Assembly: GCA_964520655.1 (NCBI GenBank)
Contig: CAZFNI010000010.1
Span: forward strand, 371 to 64,370
Reading direction: 5' to 3'
DNA: 64,000 nt
Source: an uncultured Planctomycetales bacterium
Lineage (GTDB): Bacteria > Omnitrophota > Gorgyraeia > Zapsychrales > Fredricksoniimonadaceae
Shown here one piece after another: positions 15,001-30,000 of the stretch (its first letter is position 1; each line of letters starts with the position of its first letter). A program made the translations under genes and the position numbers. The notes below the pieces were generated by a model, which saw nothing but the letters and a program-made list of their open reading frames with translations, had not been told where the DNA came from and did not search any database.

Positions 15001-18000
15001 ATCGTCAAATTACACGTTTAAAAGAGATCGAAAAAAGGTTGAGCGACGGAAAGCCGTTAACCGAAACAGAAAGAAAAGAAATAGAAGCTATTGCTCAAGA
15101 ACGTTCTGCGGAATTATCCGATCGTGGTGCGATTGCAGTAACCATGGCGGTTCCCCATACGAGTCCTGAGCTTAGCAACGATGCCATTAGAGAAAGTCAT
15201 CAGTCGAATTTGGAACAACGTTTAGCCTCTTCTTTGGCTGTGGAAAGATCTTCAGGATACAGAACAAGAGTCGGAGGACAGGAAATTGTTCTGGATAAGA
15301 ATCAATCTGTTTACATGAATTCAGACGGTACAGCGCGCATTGTGGAAGAGAATCCGCTTTCCCGCAAACAAACATTGAGTGATCGATATGTGGTGGTGTT
15401 TAGCACGCCGTTAGTTTTTGATAGTAATCAAAGTCAAGGATTCCTGGGACAAGTTCAGTTGGAAAATAGTGTTTGGGATACTCAGACGGGTGAGGTTTTC
15501 ACGATCAACGAATGGAACAAGGGAAAAGGAGTTCGTCAATTTGACAGGGTTATTCAGCAAATGGATGTTGTTCGTGATGATTCTGAACGGGGAGTGTCGC
15601 CGCAAGCTGCAGCAACGGAAAAACGTTATGTTGCCTTTGATGTTAAAAAGGATGGAAGCGGATATATTGCTCAGCACAACACAACGGTCATTGATACCGT
15701 TACAGGTGAGCGTCACGAACTTAGATTGACAGCGGCATATAACCAACATTATCAGCAGATCACATTCCCGGAACAATTAAACAAATCCGTTAAGATGATC
15801 TCTAGGGATCAAAGCGGCAAACAGACGGAACGCACATTCAGCGTTAAGCAGGGGCAGGTTGCCGGCAGCCGTTCGCCCATGTTGATCTTAAACGCTGCGG
15901 ATAATTCTAGCCAATATGTTTTGTTTGAGGGCCAATTGATGGATACGGCCAACAAAGAACGTATGGCAACGTCCGCAAAAGTCAGGGTCTATTTCGACAA
16001 GGAAAGAGGTTGGGATGACCTGACGGTTAAACGCGTTTGGGAATTTGATGCGGACAAGGGAGAAATGAGATCCACCCGCAGTGAAGTTGTCTTGCCGGGC
16101 GCCACCATGCGCAATGCCCGCGTTGCGTTTGAACAGGGCGACCGGTTGATCGAAAAGGTGAATAATGCCCAGGGTGATGAGATCTGGGAGGTTCATGATA
16201 AGAACGGGCGTCAGAAAGGTTTATTAATCAATGGCAGCCTGGCGCGCATTGCCGATAAAACCGCAGTGACAACGCGGTATGAAACAAAGATCGTTGTTGC
16301 GGACAAGCCATCTTCTGATACGGCGATGAATCAACCGGTACGCAATGTCACGGTGACATTGCCGACTGAGCATCGTTATGAATATTCCAAAGAGAATGAC
16401 ACTTGGGAATCTCAGGAGGTTGTTTTAAAAACAGGCGCTTTTGAAGGCATACAGGCCGGTGATGTGATTAAGGATGGCGCGGTACGCACGCCTAGAGGGA
16501 CGATTAAGTTCGTTAAGTTCATGGATCAGATCGCCGGTGTTCAAAACGATCAAGTGACCCTAGACTTAAAGGCTAACAAGGGCATTTGGTCAGATAATCT
16601 GCAAGCCCTTGGATATAAGAAAGAAGATCTTGGTAAGGAAAGAATAACTTTACCGGTAAAGGAATTGATGGCGCGGATCAAGGCGCATGAAAACGATCTG
16701 GCCTATTTGAATCAGCGCAGGGCATTGATCAGCGGTAAGGAAACGATCGATCAAAAGGCCATTGCGGAAATGTTATTAAAGGTAAAAGAAATGGCTGGGC
16801 GGTTTAATCTTGGGGCAGAGCTTGTGGTTGGTAAAGAGGCCGTGAAGGGATCAGAGAAATGGTCTGTTGAACAATTAACCCAATACTTGGCTGCTAATAA
16901 GAATACGGAAGTTGTATTGAAGTTCACCCATAATGCCGGTGCGAACAATGCTATGGCGGATATGATCCATACGTTGATGGGGAATAATATTTTAGGTAAT
17001 GGCTTTGAAGAACAGGCCCGGCAATTGATCGCATTCAAGCCGAACAGCACTGAGGTTGAAAAGGAACAGATTATTCATGACGCCAAAGATAAGATCCAAA
17101 AGTTCTTGCAAGATAAACCGATCGATGTTGTTTATGACCCCTACATGGAAGCCAGGAATACGGCAGGGTTGGCGGATAATAAACGATTTGGGTTGGGCAC
17201 CAACGCCATGTTGTATGTAATGGGCATGGGATGGAAGCTTCCTGAAGCGGGTGTTCCCAACCATGAGCGCGCGCACATTTTTGACCGCGTTGCCCGCATG
17301 GTCGGGGTAGAAACGATCTTAGGGGCTTCACGCGTTAACATCAAGGAAGATCTGGCAGAAGGGTTAAACAGGGGTATTTATAACCTTGGAGGATACGCCC
17401 TGGGCGAAATTTATACACACCTGATAGAAGGCTGGGGTAAATTAGACAATGCGTTCCGCGCTCAAGAACTTGGTGATGAGCAGGGTTTTGTTTCTTTTAC
17501 CTCGGAGGCCAAGAAAGTATTTGAGCGCAGTCGAAATATTTCCATTGCCAGTTATCAAGCGGCCTCGGGTGCTTTGAACGCAGTTAACCAGGATATCGCT
17601 AACCCCCACAGTGTTAACGTGTCCATTGCGGCAGATGATGAAGTCTCCAAAGATGGCCTTGTCGATAATCCTGAAGAGCTTCAGGATGCGAACATTGATG
17701 TTTTTGATTCCGATAATCAGCATCTATATACCTATACATTGAAACTTCCTTTGGCCTATGAAGGGAAAAAGGTTGTTGATATGCCGCACGAGGACAAGCT
17801 GAAACTTGCTAAAGGCCTTCTGGAACAGACAGTTCGTGCGATGGAAGTCAAAAGCGTGGAAATGGATATCACTGTCAGTATTGCCGCAGAACATATCCAA
17901 GATGACACATTACGCAGCCTTGCTCAGAACATACAGAAAAGTCGGCTCAAAGAATCCGACCCAGTAAAACTGAAAGTATTAGCCGCGCTGCTTAATAACA

Positions 18001-21000
18001 AACCTGTCATTAAAACCAATGATGACGGCAGTAAAACCATAACACATGAAGGTAAAGACGTTCTGGTTACAATTGACAAGGATGGACAGATATTGAAGGT
18101 TGAAGGAAATCAGACGGCTTTTGCAGCCAAGGATTTTGAAGATACCTTTACACATATTTCTAGAGAATATGCGGAGGCGCTTCATCAGAGGTCCAATGAT
18201 TTTACTAAGCTGGCCCGTCTTTCTGCTGAAGGCGCTAAAGAAGTTTCTGCGATCGATCCAGATGATAAGGATAATGCTGTTGAAAAAGCTGTTGAAAGGA
18301 TCACGAAAGGTCAATCAGCTACAGCCGTTTATCAAGTGGTTGATGGAGTTTATGGAGTTATCACTAATGAAAGAGTTGGCAAGGCGATGTTCAACCGCAT
18401 GATGGTCCATCGCGAAGGCAATGACAAGATCGCCAGAGGGACAGTGATCACGCCGCAAACTTCTTCCACCATTGGTTTTCGCGGAGCGAACCATTCGACG
18501 GCTAGCATCATTGCGTTCTTAAACGATACTGATCAGCAGAAAGTAAGATTGACACCTCAGGAACAAGATATTGTTGATCTAATGGTGACAAAAGGTCTTA
18601 TTGCCAAGAAGGAAGATGGCGTCTGGATGGAATTAAAGAAAGGCGCGGTGTTCGGCGTCTATGTAAACCCAGTCAAGAATGATCCACAGGATATAAGAGA
18701 AGCATATCAGCATGAATTACGCCACAGCATCGAAGAAGTTGATCCTCAATATCAGAGAGACAATGACGCTACCCGTGCAGCATTCGATTCTAAAGCTAAC
18801 GGTGGCGAGGCAAAGGCGGAAGTTCCTGTTTACGATGCACAAGGGAAAGCGCAAGAACAAACGATTAACTTGATGGATGTAGCTAAAGATTTCCTGGTGT
18901 TTAAAGGTTACAGCAAAGAAGATGGTGAACTTATTCGTCGGGAATTGCCGGCATGGTTGAGTGATCTACCGAGCATGCAGCGGGAGATCAGTGATATTTA
19001 CGAACAATTTAAGACGCCTGATGAAATTGTGAAAGCATTTGGTAAAGAAAAAGCTGTAATGATCGTGAAGCTGCTTCCTTTGATACAAAAAGAATATCAG
19101 ACTAAATGGCAGGAGATCGAGCAGGCCTTTGCGGGAAATTATACAAAAGCTAAAGAACGGGCTGTGGTAAATACTCAAACGTCCGCAAAAGATTCTGGAT
19201 TAAAACCGGTCGTTCAATCGATAAGCCCTGCTGGCGCGCTTCCCACTGTCACCATTACAACACCTGCTCGCGTTGCGGCACCAAGCCCGGTATCGATCGC
19301 GCCAATAGCACAGACCAACTCAGCGCCACAAGGACAAGCGGCACAAACACGTTATGTGCCGGCGACAGCATCCCCGAGCGTTCCATTGAAATCCAACGAA
19401 CTCTATGACACCAAGACCGGCGAGATCTTCACGGCGCCGACTCCGGAAGCGGTCGGCGGCACGGCAACAATGCCCGCGCAGGCATTGCCGCATGCGGTCA
19501 TTGTACCTAATAATGCGTTGATGAATTTAGGTTTAAGTGCGGCTTCCGTAAAGGATCAGCCGGAAGCGATCCGTCTGGAGATCACACCTGCGGCAGGACA
19601 AGAAGGGCAATATGTCGGCACAGTGGTGGCCCGCGCGGTTGATCAGACCAGCGGCGATATCTTTGAGATCCCGCATGCGATCATTTATGATAGCAAGACC
19701 AATCAAATAGTACCTGCTGCCCCAGAACCCGTCACGGTCACGGTGGTTAAAAAGACAGGAGAAGCGCAGGCCCTTCCTCAGAAAGTCACGGTCGCTCAAG
19801 CGGCAGGGATCGATGCGCAAGCACCGGTGTTTGAAATGAGAGACGCTCTTGGAGCGCCCGCAGCGTTGATCAAGGATGGTCAAGTCATTGCTGTTTACAA
19901 TAATATTGCAGCACCAGCCGCGGCGCCAAAGCAAATGGAAATAAAGACGGCTGCCGGTCCGGTCAGCGTTACAACGGCTGATCGTTATGAATATGTTCCG
20001 GCAGAAAGATCATGGCGGACAGCCGCGGTTGTTGCAAGCGGTGCCGAGGGCATTGCCGCAGGCAGCGTCATCCGCAATAATTGGATCTTTGCCAATGACA
20101 ATGCCGCGCCGCAAGCTGTCATCCTCAACGGGCACGTTGTTCCTTTGGCAAACAGGAATGTGTCTGAACAAACAGCTCTCATGGGCTTGGCCGCGGGATC
20201 CTCTCAAAAGGGTAATACAGTGACCATCAATGGTCAGCCGGCCGTGATCACGCCAAACGGCGATATCACTGTCCCACTCGCGCAAAAAGAAGCGTTTAAT
20301 TCATTGCCTGTCACAGAGGCGACTTATCGGATGGTCCAACCAGATACGTCCATAGCGCCCCGGGTTGAAGTTCAACAATATCTTGTGGCCAGAACACCTG
20401 AGATCGAAAGTGCTCTGGCACAATTGCAGGCGGCAGAACCGCAAGCGTTCAAGATGCCTCAGGTGCAGCAATCAGCCGACAACGTTGAATATGTCGCTTT
20501 GGCCCCTGATCAAGTCGAGCCCGTCATTCGTGCCATTGCCCAAAATACGTTAACTCAGGCCAATGCATTGACGGCCAAACCTGTTGCCGCCGCAAGGCCG
20601 CAGGTTGCTATGCGGGAATTGACCATTGTCCCGCCGGCGGGATCCGCTGATAAAGATATTCTGCATGTGACCTATGCTGTTCCTGTCCAGGCTGGCAGCG
20701 AAAAAGCAGCTCCCAAGCTTGTGCGCGTGGAAGCGCTGGTGACGGGGACGATACAGAAAGTATTAGAAACTGTTCCCGGCATTGCAACGCCAAGGAATAT
20801 TGACGGCGGACAGCAAGTGATCGATGTGGCCCCGGAATTATTCACGGCGATCAAGCAGGCGGGTATGACCCTGATCCAGTCTGAGGCTGCCGGAAGAACA
20901 GTCGATGTTGCTGCCTTAAGAACCGCATTAATGAATGCCGTGCCCAAAGCGGCTGTGCCTGTATCGCTTCCTGTGTTAACGGAAGTGATCACCCCGGCCG

Positions 21001-24000
21001 AGCAGGTGATGGGTGCATTTCAATTTGCTTTTGGTCAGAAGGCAGCCGAAGCTAGTGCAGTGGTAAAGCCGGAAGCTAATATCGGCGGGATCAGTATTGA
21101 CCGTTTGTTAAGTCTTAGAGAAGACAGCGAAGTTAAAGCGTTCTTAAGCGCGAATAATATCGGTGCTTCTGACATGGATAAGGCCCTTGAGATCGTCCGC
21201 CGGTTAAGTGCGGATCCTGTGGTTGTTAAGGCGAAAGCAGAAGTCAGTCAGCTGCCTGCGGCACAGGCTGAGGCTCGTTTGCGGGAGGTGGCTTTAGCAA
21301 GGTTAAATACAATGGTGTTGGAAAATGCATTACCGGTTGCTAATTTATCGCTTGGGGTTAAGCCGGCCCAGGCAGTGATGCCTGCAGCCCAAGACACAAC
21401 ACCTGCGGTTGAGCCGGTTGCAGCGCCTGCCATTGAACCCGTGGCCCCTGTTCAACAACAACAGCCGCCAGCCGGCGTTGAATTACCGGTCCTTCGCTTC
21501 GTGCCGATGGCTCAGGTTCCTCAAATAGATGTTCCGCAAACCACCGGTGAGATCGTGGATATCAAGTCAGGTCTTGTTTATCCGTCGATGCCAACGCCCG
21601 AGAATAATACGGCGCCAACCGCGGTGGTTGTGCGCGGCGAGCGTTTCTTGAACCAGGTGGGATTGACCCCGACCGCTGGTGATAATCCGCAATTTGTCAG
21701 GATCGAGCTTGAACCAGCCAGCACGGGAACCCAGGAATTTAGAGGTTCATTCCCCATCAGCATCAATGGCAAGGATGTTGCCGCGCCGGTTGTGGTCAAT
21801 ACGGCAACCAATAAGATAAGCTTGGTGTCTAACACCATTGAATTACCTCAAACGGAAGAACGCGCCATCAATGATCTATCCGTTCCTGTCCGTCCGGTCA
21901 TGGTCTTTAATCCTGCTGCTAAGACTTGGGAACGCCGGGATATTGTTGTGAGCGCTCCTGTACAATTGGAGAGCGCCGGCTTGGTCCCGGGGGCTGTGAT
22001 CAAAGAGAATGGGAAAGTATATGCCAGCACCGACAGTAAGGATGTTGTCGCGGTTGTGGCCGAAGATAAGTTGATCAGCATTAAAGACATGCCGGTGATC
22101 ACAACAGAAGTTTCTCAGACAAGAGTTGTCCCGCAAAATCTGCCGGTTTTAACCGATGTGATAGAGCCAGTTTTTGTCAACGATACGCCGGTCGTGCCTG
22201 TTGTCAATACAAAGGCACAGAGACGCGAAGTAACGATCACCAGGCCCGCAGCTGCCAAAGAAACGCCGTCAGGTGTCGTCGCGGTGACCTACTCTTTACC
22301 GATGCACGCGGAAAAAGGTGAACGGGTAACCCCAATACCGGTACGTTTTGCGCTGGCCGCCACAGAGGCTGTGACCACCGCTTTAGCAGAAATGAATATG
22401 TCTCCAACGAAAGGCCAGGAAGCCGGAACACCGGTTGTTTATCTAGCTCCATGGGAATTGGGCCGGGTCATGGCATCTCATCCTGGATTAGCGCAGGTAG
22501 ATAGTTATGCCCAGCAATTCATGTCATTGTCAAATAAAGCAATGGCATCTGACAAAGCCATGTCACCTAAAACAGTGATCGCGGTCGCGGCGGCTTCCTT
22601 AATATCGACAGGCAGCGTGCCTGTCGCAAATGCGCCTGTTGTTGCCCCCGTCATTGAACAGCAGCCCGCGCCAACGTCTGTTCCTCTGAATTTAGTTGGT
22701 GTTAAAGATGTGCCGGCAACGCTGCCGGTAAAAGACATCACGGTCAATCAAGCGATGATCAGCAACACGGGCATGCCAGTGGCTGTTGTAAAAGACGCCG
22801 CGCAGACAGCTGTGGCGGTGGTCATGGATGGTGCTTATGTGCCGATCAAAGATAATGCCGCAGAAGCAGCCTCCGTTGAACGCATGAGCGTGATCGATAA
22901 CGGTGTTGATCATAAGGTCCCAGTCCTTTCTGTGATCAGGAATATGCCGGAAGGATTCATTGCGGAGAAAGTCGTAGCGATCGGGGCGGGGACACTTAAG
23001 CGCGGGGATGTGATCCGTAATAATGTTGTGTATGGCAAAGACAGTAAAGAGGCCAAGGCGGTGATTGTAGACAATCGCGTGGTTCCATTAAAGAATATGG
23101 ATGTGCTTGAGCAAACGGCCTGGAAGGCGCTGGCAGCAGGAACGGCGACAGTCTTAGTTAACGGCGCGACGGTCAAGGTTGCGACCGATGTCGACGGGCA
23201 GAAGGAAGTGGTGATACCTAATAAGATAGACGCGGTGACATCCGCCGCTGTGCCGGTAGCTGAGGTCAAGTATACGCTGCAGACTAATAATGAAACGGTA
23301 AGCGTTGAGCCGGTTTATAAGGTTCAGGCAACACGGGATGTTTTAGCCGCGACGACGGCAACAACAGTTAAGAGCGCTGGTAAAGATCAAGACGGCAAAG
23401 AATACCTGCTGCTGGACCGTGACACAATGCCTCGTGTTGTGCTGAGCGTCGTGGACAACAAGATCGCCCAGGTAAAAGCCCAGGTGGCAAGCGGCGCGGA
23501 CATGGGAGCATTGTTAACACAGGCCATCGCCCAACAACATGATGTGCCCACACAACAAGCTCTGCGCCAGGTCCAGGTCAAGATCGCGGCGCTGACAGAA
23601 ACTTACAAACAGTGGCATCAAGCCCTCGCCGTACAAGCTCCCGGATCAACGATCAATGAATTTAAGACACGCATCTCTTCTCTCGTCAACCAGATCAAGT
23701 TTGTTGATCCAAGAGCAGCAGCTATCGCTGATGTCCCGGCGTTAATGAAAGTCCAGGTTGCTCCCTTGCTTAACCTGGCGCCGGATACCAGTATTCGTTA
23801 CATGCCCATGACCCAAATGCCGGCTTCTTTTAAGGGGACGTTGGATGCTAAAGATGCAGTTGTCGACGTTCAGACAGGGATGGTGTATGCCAGCAGCACG
23901 GATGTCTTCGGCAATATCCAGCCGCAGTCGGTGATCATTCCAGCAAGCGCGATCGACCGTTTAGGATTAAGCAAAGAAACCAAGGGCACATTGACCTCTG

Positions 24001-27000
24001 CGCCGCTTGTGCCGGTGGCAGGAATGCCGGATTTCTTTACGGCCACAGCCAAGGTCAATGTTGCTGATCCTCAAACGGGCGTTAAGACAGAGGTGCCGGT
24101 TGCCTTGACCTTCAATAAATTGACAGGCACCGTCAATGTCGCCAAAGACCAGCCGCGGCAGGAAATGACAGTTGCTCCGGCGTTTATGCTCAATGAACAG
24201 CCGGTCTATCAGGTGGCCCAAAACGGTCAGCCGGCAGCGGCCATCATGCAGGGTGCATCACTTCCAGTCAGCTACAGTTCGACGGATAATAGCTATGCGG
24301 TGACAGTACCGGCGACCGCGCAAGAAACAGCAATGTTTGGTTTATCCGGCACAGAATATCTGATGCCGACAATAATGGAAAAAACATTGGGTACAAATCC
24401 ACAGGCACAGGTTAGCGCCTATGTGCTAGATCTAAATGTACCGGATGTGAAAGAATTCATCGTCAAAATTCAAAAGAGAGCCGACAGCAGCAAGGTTAGG
24501 ATTGTCAAAGACGCCGGCGGTGAACGTGCGTTGATCGCACCAGCGGTATATCGTGCATATGTCGTCAATTCGACCGTTAAAGGGATTGAACAGGCAAGTG
24601 CGGCCCCGTTAAATTCGGCCGCGATCAAACAATTGGAGACGCGTTTACAGAAAGTGATGTTGATGGCGGCTGCGGCACAGGATAAAGATGCCGCTGCGGC
24701 CCTGCGTGCCCTTGAACCTCAGGTTGAACGCATTAGAAATACCCATGAAACGTTGACGTCTCAGGCTGCCGCGGCCCTTAAAGTTGCTCAGAATGCGAAT
24801 GATACACAAATGATCGATGTCTTGGCCCCCATTGTTCAACAGCTCAATGACACAGCCGCGCCGTCAGCCTTACCCCAGCTTAAAGATATCCAGGAGGTAA
24901 CGTTCAATCCCAAGGTCATTGAACAGCAAACGGCATTGAATGACGCGGGTATTTATAGAACGCTCATGCCAGCGATCCGTACCATTGTCAACGCTCCGGC
25001 GGATGCCAGCGATGCGGCCGTGGAACGTTACTTAAATAGGACCGTCAGTGCCAAGGATGCTGCGTCTCAAGAAAAGGTTGCCGCGGTCACAGCTGAGATC
25101 GAGAATGCGCTGGCTAAGACCCTGCCATCTCTAACAGTGGCAGAGCGCAAGAATATTGCCAATATTGCCGCGGGCGGGCGTTTAGAGGTCTTAAAGGGCA
25201 GCAGTAAAAAAGAAGTTGCCGCGGCCATGCAGTTTACTCAAACAGCCAGAACATCACAGCCCAGCCAGCGTTTAAGCGCAGTTGTGAATTTATTCACTTT
25301 TGTCACCGGCCAGCGACCCTCTGATGAAGTTGTCAAGAGCATTGAGAATGTGGTATTAGCTGCTGTTTCCAATACGGGCTCAACAAAGACGCAGTTCACC
25401 AATTTGCCTGAAACATTGCTGTTGCGTGTATTGACAGAGAATAAGGCAACATTGAGTGCTGACCAAGCGGTCAAATTAAAGACATTGCTTGCAAAGAAAT
25501 TGTCAAGGCCGGAACAGCAGAGAGAGTTGCGGAAAGGATTGGAGGAAGTTGAAAAGATCTTGGCTGGCACAGAAAGGTTGGCAAGGGAAGCGGGCAAGCC
25601 GATTCCCGTCGTAAAAGACCAGGCCATGTCTGCCGGCATCATGAAGACCTTAGCTGCCACGGCGTTTGTGTCTGCGCTAAGTTTGACAGGCAGCAGCGGT
25701 AGGAACGATATTCCGGCAGCATCCAAGCAGGATCCGGTTGTTTCCATTATGCTTAGCGGCAAAGATGAGAGCGTCATCCGTCAGGATGTAGCGCGGTATA
25801 TTAAGGCAAGCCCCTTAAGCGATGAACATAAAGCGCGCGCTGTCAGGGTCATGGATCAGGTCTTAGTCCAGGATGATACCGTTAAGACTTTGCGTGAAGC
25901 TGCGGCCAATGCTCCTGAAGGACAAGAAAAGGCCGAGGCTATTGCGCGTTTGACTACTGCCCTTAGCGCTGCGGTTGTGGAAGGGGTAAATCAAGACATT
26001 TTCCGTTCTGTAGAGTTAGCTACAGCTCCTCAGGTGTTGGCTGCGCCAGGGCAATATGTACCGATCGATAACAGACAGTTAAGCTATCGGGAAGCTCCGC
26101 CGCTGCGTACGGGTGAAGCGTTGGTCATCGCTTTGGATCCTCGATCAAAGAGCACAGTTGGGACCGCACTGATCACACCGCAAAGCGAACGTCCTGTGGC
26201 TGAACAGATCGCCGCGATAAAAGCCAATGTAGCGGGCAATGATATCCGTTATTTTGTGGTCTTTGCTTCACCGCAAGGTAAAGTCCCGGCCGTGATGGGT
26301 GCGATAAAAGAAAATTTAGTCAACATTCAAGAACGTCCGGTTAAAGAGAATGCTGTGGTCGTTGCGGCCAATAACAATTCGATCGCCATCAGAACGACCG
26401 GCGGTGAAGAAATTCAAGAATTTGGTGCCAATAAAGAGCTGCGTGTCCGGGCCGCTGGGCATGGCTGGCAGGAGGTCAAGAATTTCGCGCAGGATGTGTA
26501 TGCCCAATTGACAATGCCCAAAGACCAGGCGATGACTGCGGGCCGAGTGGCTCCAGCAGTAAGCAGCGCGCTGGTCAAGGTCACCGAACAACTGGCAACA
26601 GAGCAGGCACAGCAATGGGTCGATATTCTCTTCCCTGTCCAAAAGGCATCCATGACTCAGCGCGTACTGGGTATGTTTGGGGCCGGTACTAAAGAAGATA
26701 TGGTTGTTGCTTCACCATTGACAGGAAGCCTGAGCATGAAGCTGCAGCAGGAAGGATTAACCGGTGATCATTTGATCCAGGCTGTGGCAGAGATCACACA
26801 GGTCATCGGGAAAGATCCATCTGTTCGGAAATTCACCGGGGAGTATCAGGCTTCTTTAGGCCGGCAGATCGATCCATTTAATAAAGTAAAGAGCGCTCAG
26901 GCAAAGGAAGCGGTTATTTCTAATGCCAAAGCTCTTTTAGCCCATGTGTTCGCGCAGGCGTTGAAAGAGAGGATCGGTAAGACAGAACCGACATTGTCCA

Positions 27001-30000
27001 ACAGTATTGTGAATATTCCGGATGCTAAAAGCATTCCGGTCCAGATCTTCAGGGCGTATCACGAGGTCACCCAGCCGAATTCATTTGCTGTTCAACGTAT
27101 CGGCAGCACGCTGGTTGTGTTGATGCCTAAAGAAGCCGGCGCCAAACATTTTGACCGCTTCATCAGATTTGTCCGTGAGAACGAAAATGCTGCGTTTGCC
27201 GGCAATACACTGACGGTCCAGCAAGTGGTGAATTATCTAAATGACAGGAATGTTCAGAATTACAAACAGGCATTGACCAATGAAGAACAGGAGTTCTTGA
27301 AGATCCTGATGGTGCCGGGCCGGGAAATGATCCGGCAGGATGAAGGATTCAAATGGGATGTCATTGTGCCGGGTAACGTGGTCATGGTTGCGGTTGACAG
27401 GAATAGTCCGCAGATGGCTTCGAAACAGATCGTTCCGGCCGTCGCTCTTGTTTCAAAATTGTATCAGAACGAACAAAAAGGCGAAGCGGCCGACAGCGCC
27501 ATGTCTTCAACTGTTAGGGCTGTATTTGCGTCCTTGTTAGCTTCAGCTTCTTTGACCGCAAGTACGCCAAGTACGACAGCGGTGACAGATAAAAATGTCC
27601 CAGCGTCTGACGTTAAGGCTGATCAGGCCAATGAACAGGCCATGATCACGACGGGAACGCGCACGGTTGAACCTAAAAAGGTTGAACGCCGTGATGAAGG
27701 TGCCGGCGGCGGCGCGGGTGGTGGTACAGGCAGTGCCGCAAGAGTGGAATTGGTCAAAGCCTTAACGGCAGGATCACCGGCAGCAGCGGCAAGCATCATG
27801 ACCGCTAACAGCAGTCTCTCGGTTGAGGGCGTCAGGGCGGTTGAGAGCGTCGTTGCCCAAGTCATGAGGACGCCGGCATTCCAGACGGCATTAAACGATG
27901 TGCGCAAGGCTCAGGTGGAAAAAGGTGATGTTCCAGCGGCAGCGAATGTTCTTTTAAAGGTCTTTGCCCAGGAAAGCACCAGCGTCATCGACGCACGGAC
28001 AACGCGTACTGTCAGAACTGCGCAGGCTGCCCCAACACCAGTGACAGCCGCTGTACATCAAAAAGACGCGAATAATGTGGCGGCGATCCTCACGGGAACA
28101 ACACCCAACAGCATTGCTTCTCTGAAAGCCGAAGAAGATATCCCGGCGATCACTAAATATAGAGAAGGCGTCCAAGCACAGCAGGCGATCGACAACATGG
28201 TCTCTGAACCGAGCGTATTGTCTTCAGACGCTTTTGTCCGCGGCAATTTCGATCAGATCACGGATGTTGTGACCAAGGGTCTTAAAGGTACGACCAAAGA
28301 AAAGACAGCGAATATCATTAAAGCCCGTCTGCAAGATGTGTACAGCATGCCGGATGTTGTCCGTCAGTGGAATGTGATCAAGACTCAAACGCCTTCGGCT
28401 AAAGAAAGAGAAGTCTTCAATGCATTTGTCATGCAGAAGATGTCAGCCTTGCAGCCGAGTTTTGCTAAAGCGGTGATCTTGGCGTATGCGCAAAGCGTCG
28501 AGAATATGACACGAACAAGTGAGCATGTCGGTACGGATATCATGGGCGTTATCGACGCTGTTTTCACCCGTCCGGATCAGCTCATAGAAAAGCAAGCCGC
28601 TCAAGCTGCTGCCCAGACCTACTTTGATCGCAGGGAAAATATTGAAAAGAATCAATACTATAAGAACAAGGTCGCGGCTGATCCATCCTACGCGATTGGT
28701 GAATGGGCAGCCACATTAAGAGATATTGCCACGCGCATGCCGGATACGATCGTGGTGGAAGCGCCGAAGGCCGTCGCAGCGCCTGTTGTAGAGGCTGTTG
28801 CTCCTGTTGCGCAGCAAGTAACGGCTCTAGTAAAAACGGTTGTTCCTGTTCCAGTGGTTGTCCCGAATGCCTCAACGTTAGTTGATGGCAGACAACAAGC
28901 CGTGCCGGCAAAGATGGTCAAGCCCGCTGCCAACAATGATTCCTGGAAAAATAGAGTAGTCGACGCCTTAGAGAAAGTCTCACCGAGGGTTGCCGCGTTG
29001 GGCGCGGCCATTTTGCTTGGTTCCACACCAGTGGCCCAAAAGCAATTAAGTGGCACACAGGCTGTCGGTTCTGCTCCAGCGGTCGCGGTCATGCATCAAG
29101 GGCAAGAGGCACAGCTGCCAACCCTGACCGCAATGCCGATCCCTTCCACCAGCATGCCGGCAGCGTCAACAGTCAATAATGGTCCGGCGGCGGTTGTTAA
29201 TGCTTCAGGCAGCGTCGCGCCTCAAGCGAAATCCATTGCCGTGGTCCACAGCGTTGAATTGACCCGGGATGTTTCACAAGCTATTGCGAAATTACCGCAG
29301 GCGTTAAAAGAAGAAGTGTTCAGTAACCCCAGTGGCAGCGGTGCGATCGTCAGTGACCGTGTGTATCAAGTCATCAAGCCGGCCGTGGAGAAAAAAGATC
29401 TCAGTTCCCGTTTAAGCGCCTCTATAGCGGAAGCCAGCAATGCCGCAGCCGGGGCGCTGCTCATGGTCTTAGGCGGACTTGGGGTAGGCAAAAGACGCGA
29501 ACAGGCCCAAACAAAAGCACCGCAGCAAGCAGAGATCAAGACAAAGCCTGTGACCGCTTCCTTAAATGAACAGATCGCGGCCGTCAAGAATGCGGTCGCC
29601 CTGCACGCCAAGACATTACCGGATGCTGATCCAGCCAGGGTCAAGGCCGAACGTCTGGTGAAAGTATTAGACACCATGCGTTCTGTCGTGATCCCGGGCG
29701 CCGCCAATGAAGCTGTCATCAAACAGTTCGCCGCAACCGAGATCCCCGCGATCTCTGAAGATATTGTTGCCGCCTTGCCGGCCAAGGATCAAGAGACATT
29801 CAGATCCGTGGTGCAGTTCAGAGCTGCAGAGAAAGCCGAATATGAACGTCAGGAGCAGATGAAAGTTGAAACTGCCGCGAAGAAAGAACAGCAGGATATC
29901 CGCGATGGGCGTCTGCAAGCTCAGACGCAACGCGTGATGCAGGCGGGTGCTGATATAACATCGAAGGATCTGGTGGCGGCCGGGATCGCTGAAACAACAG

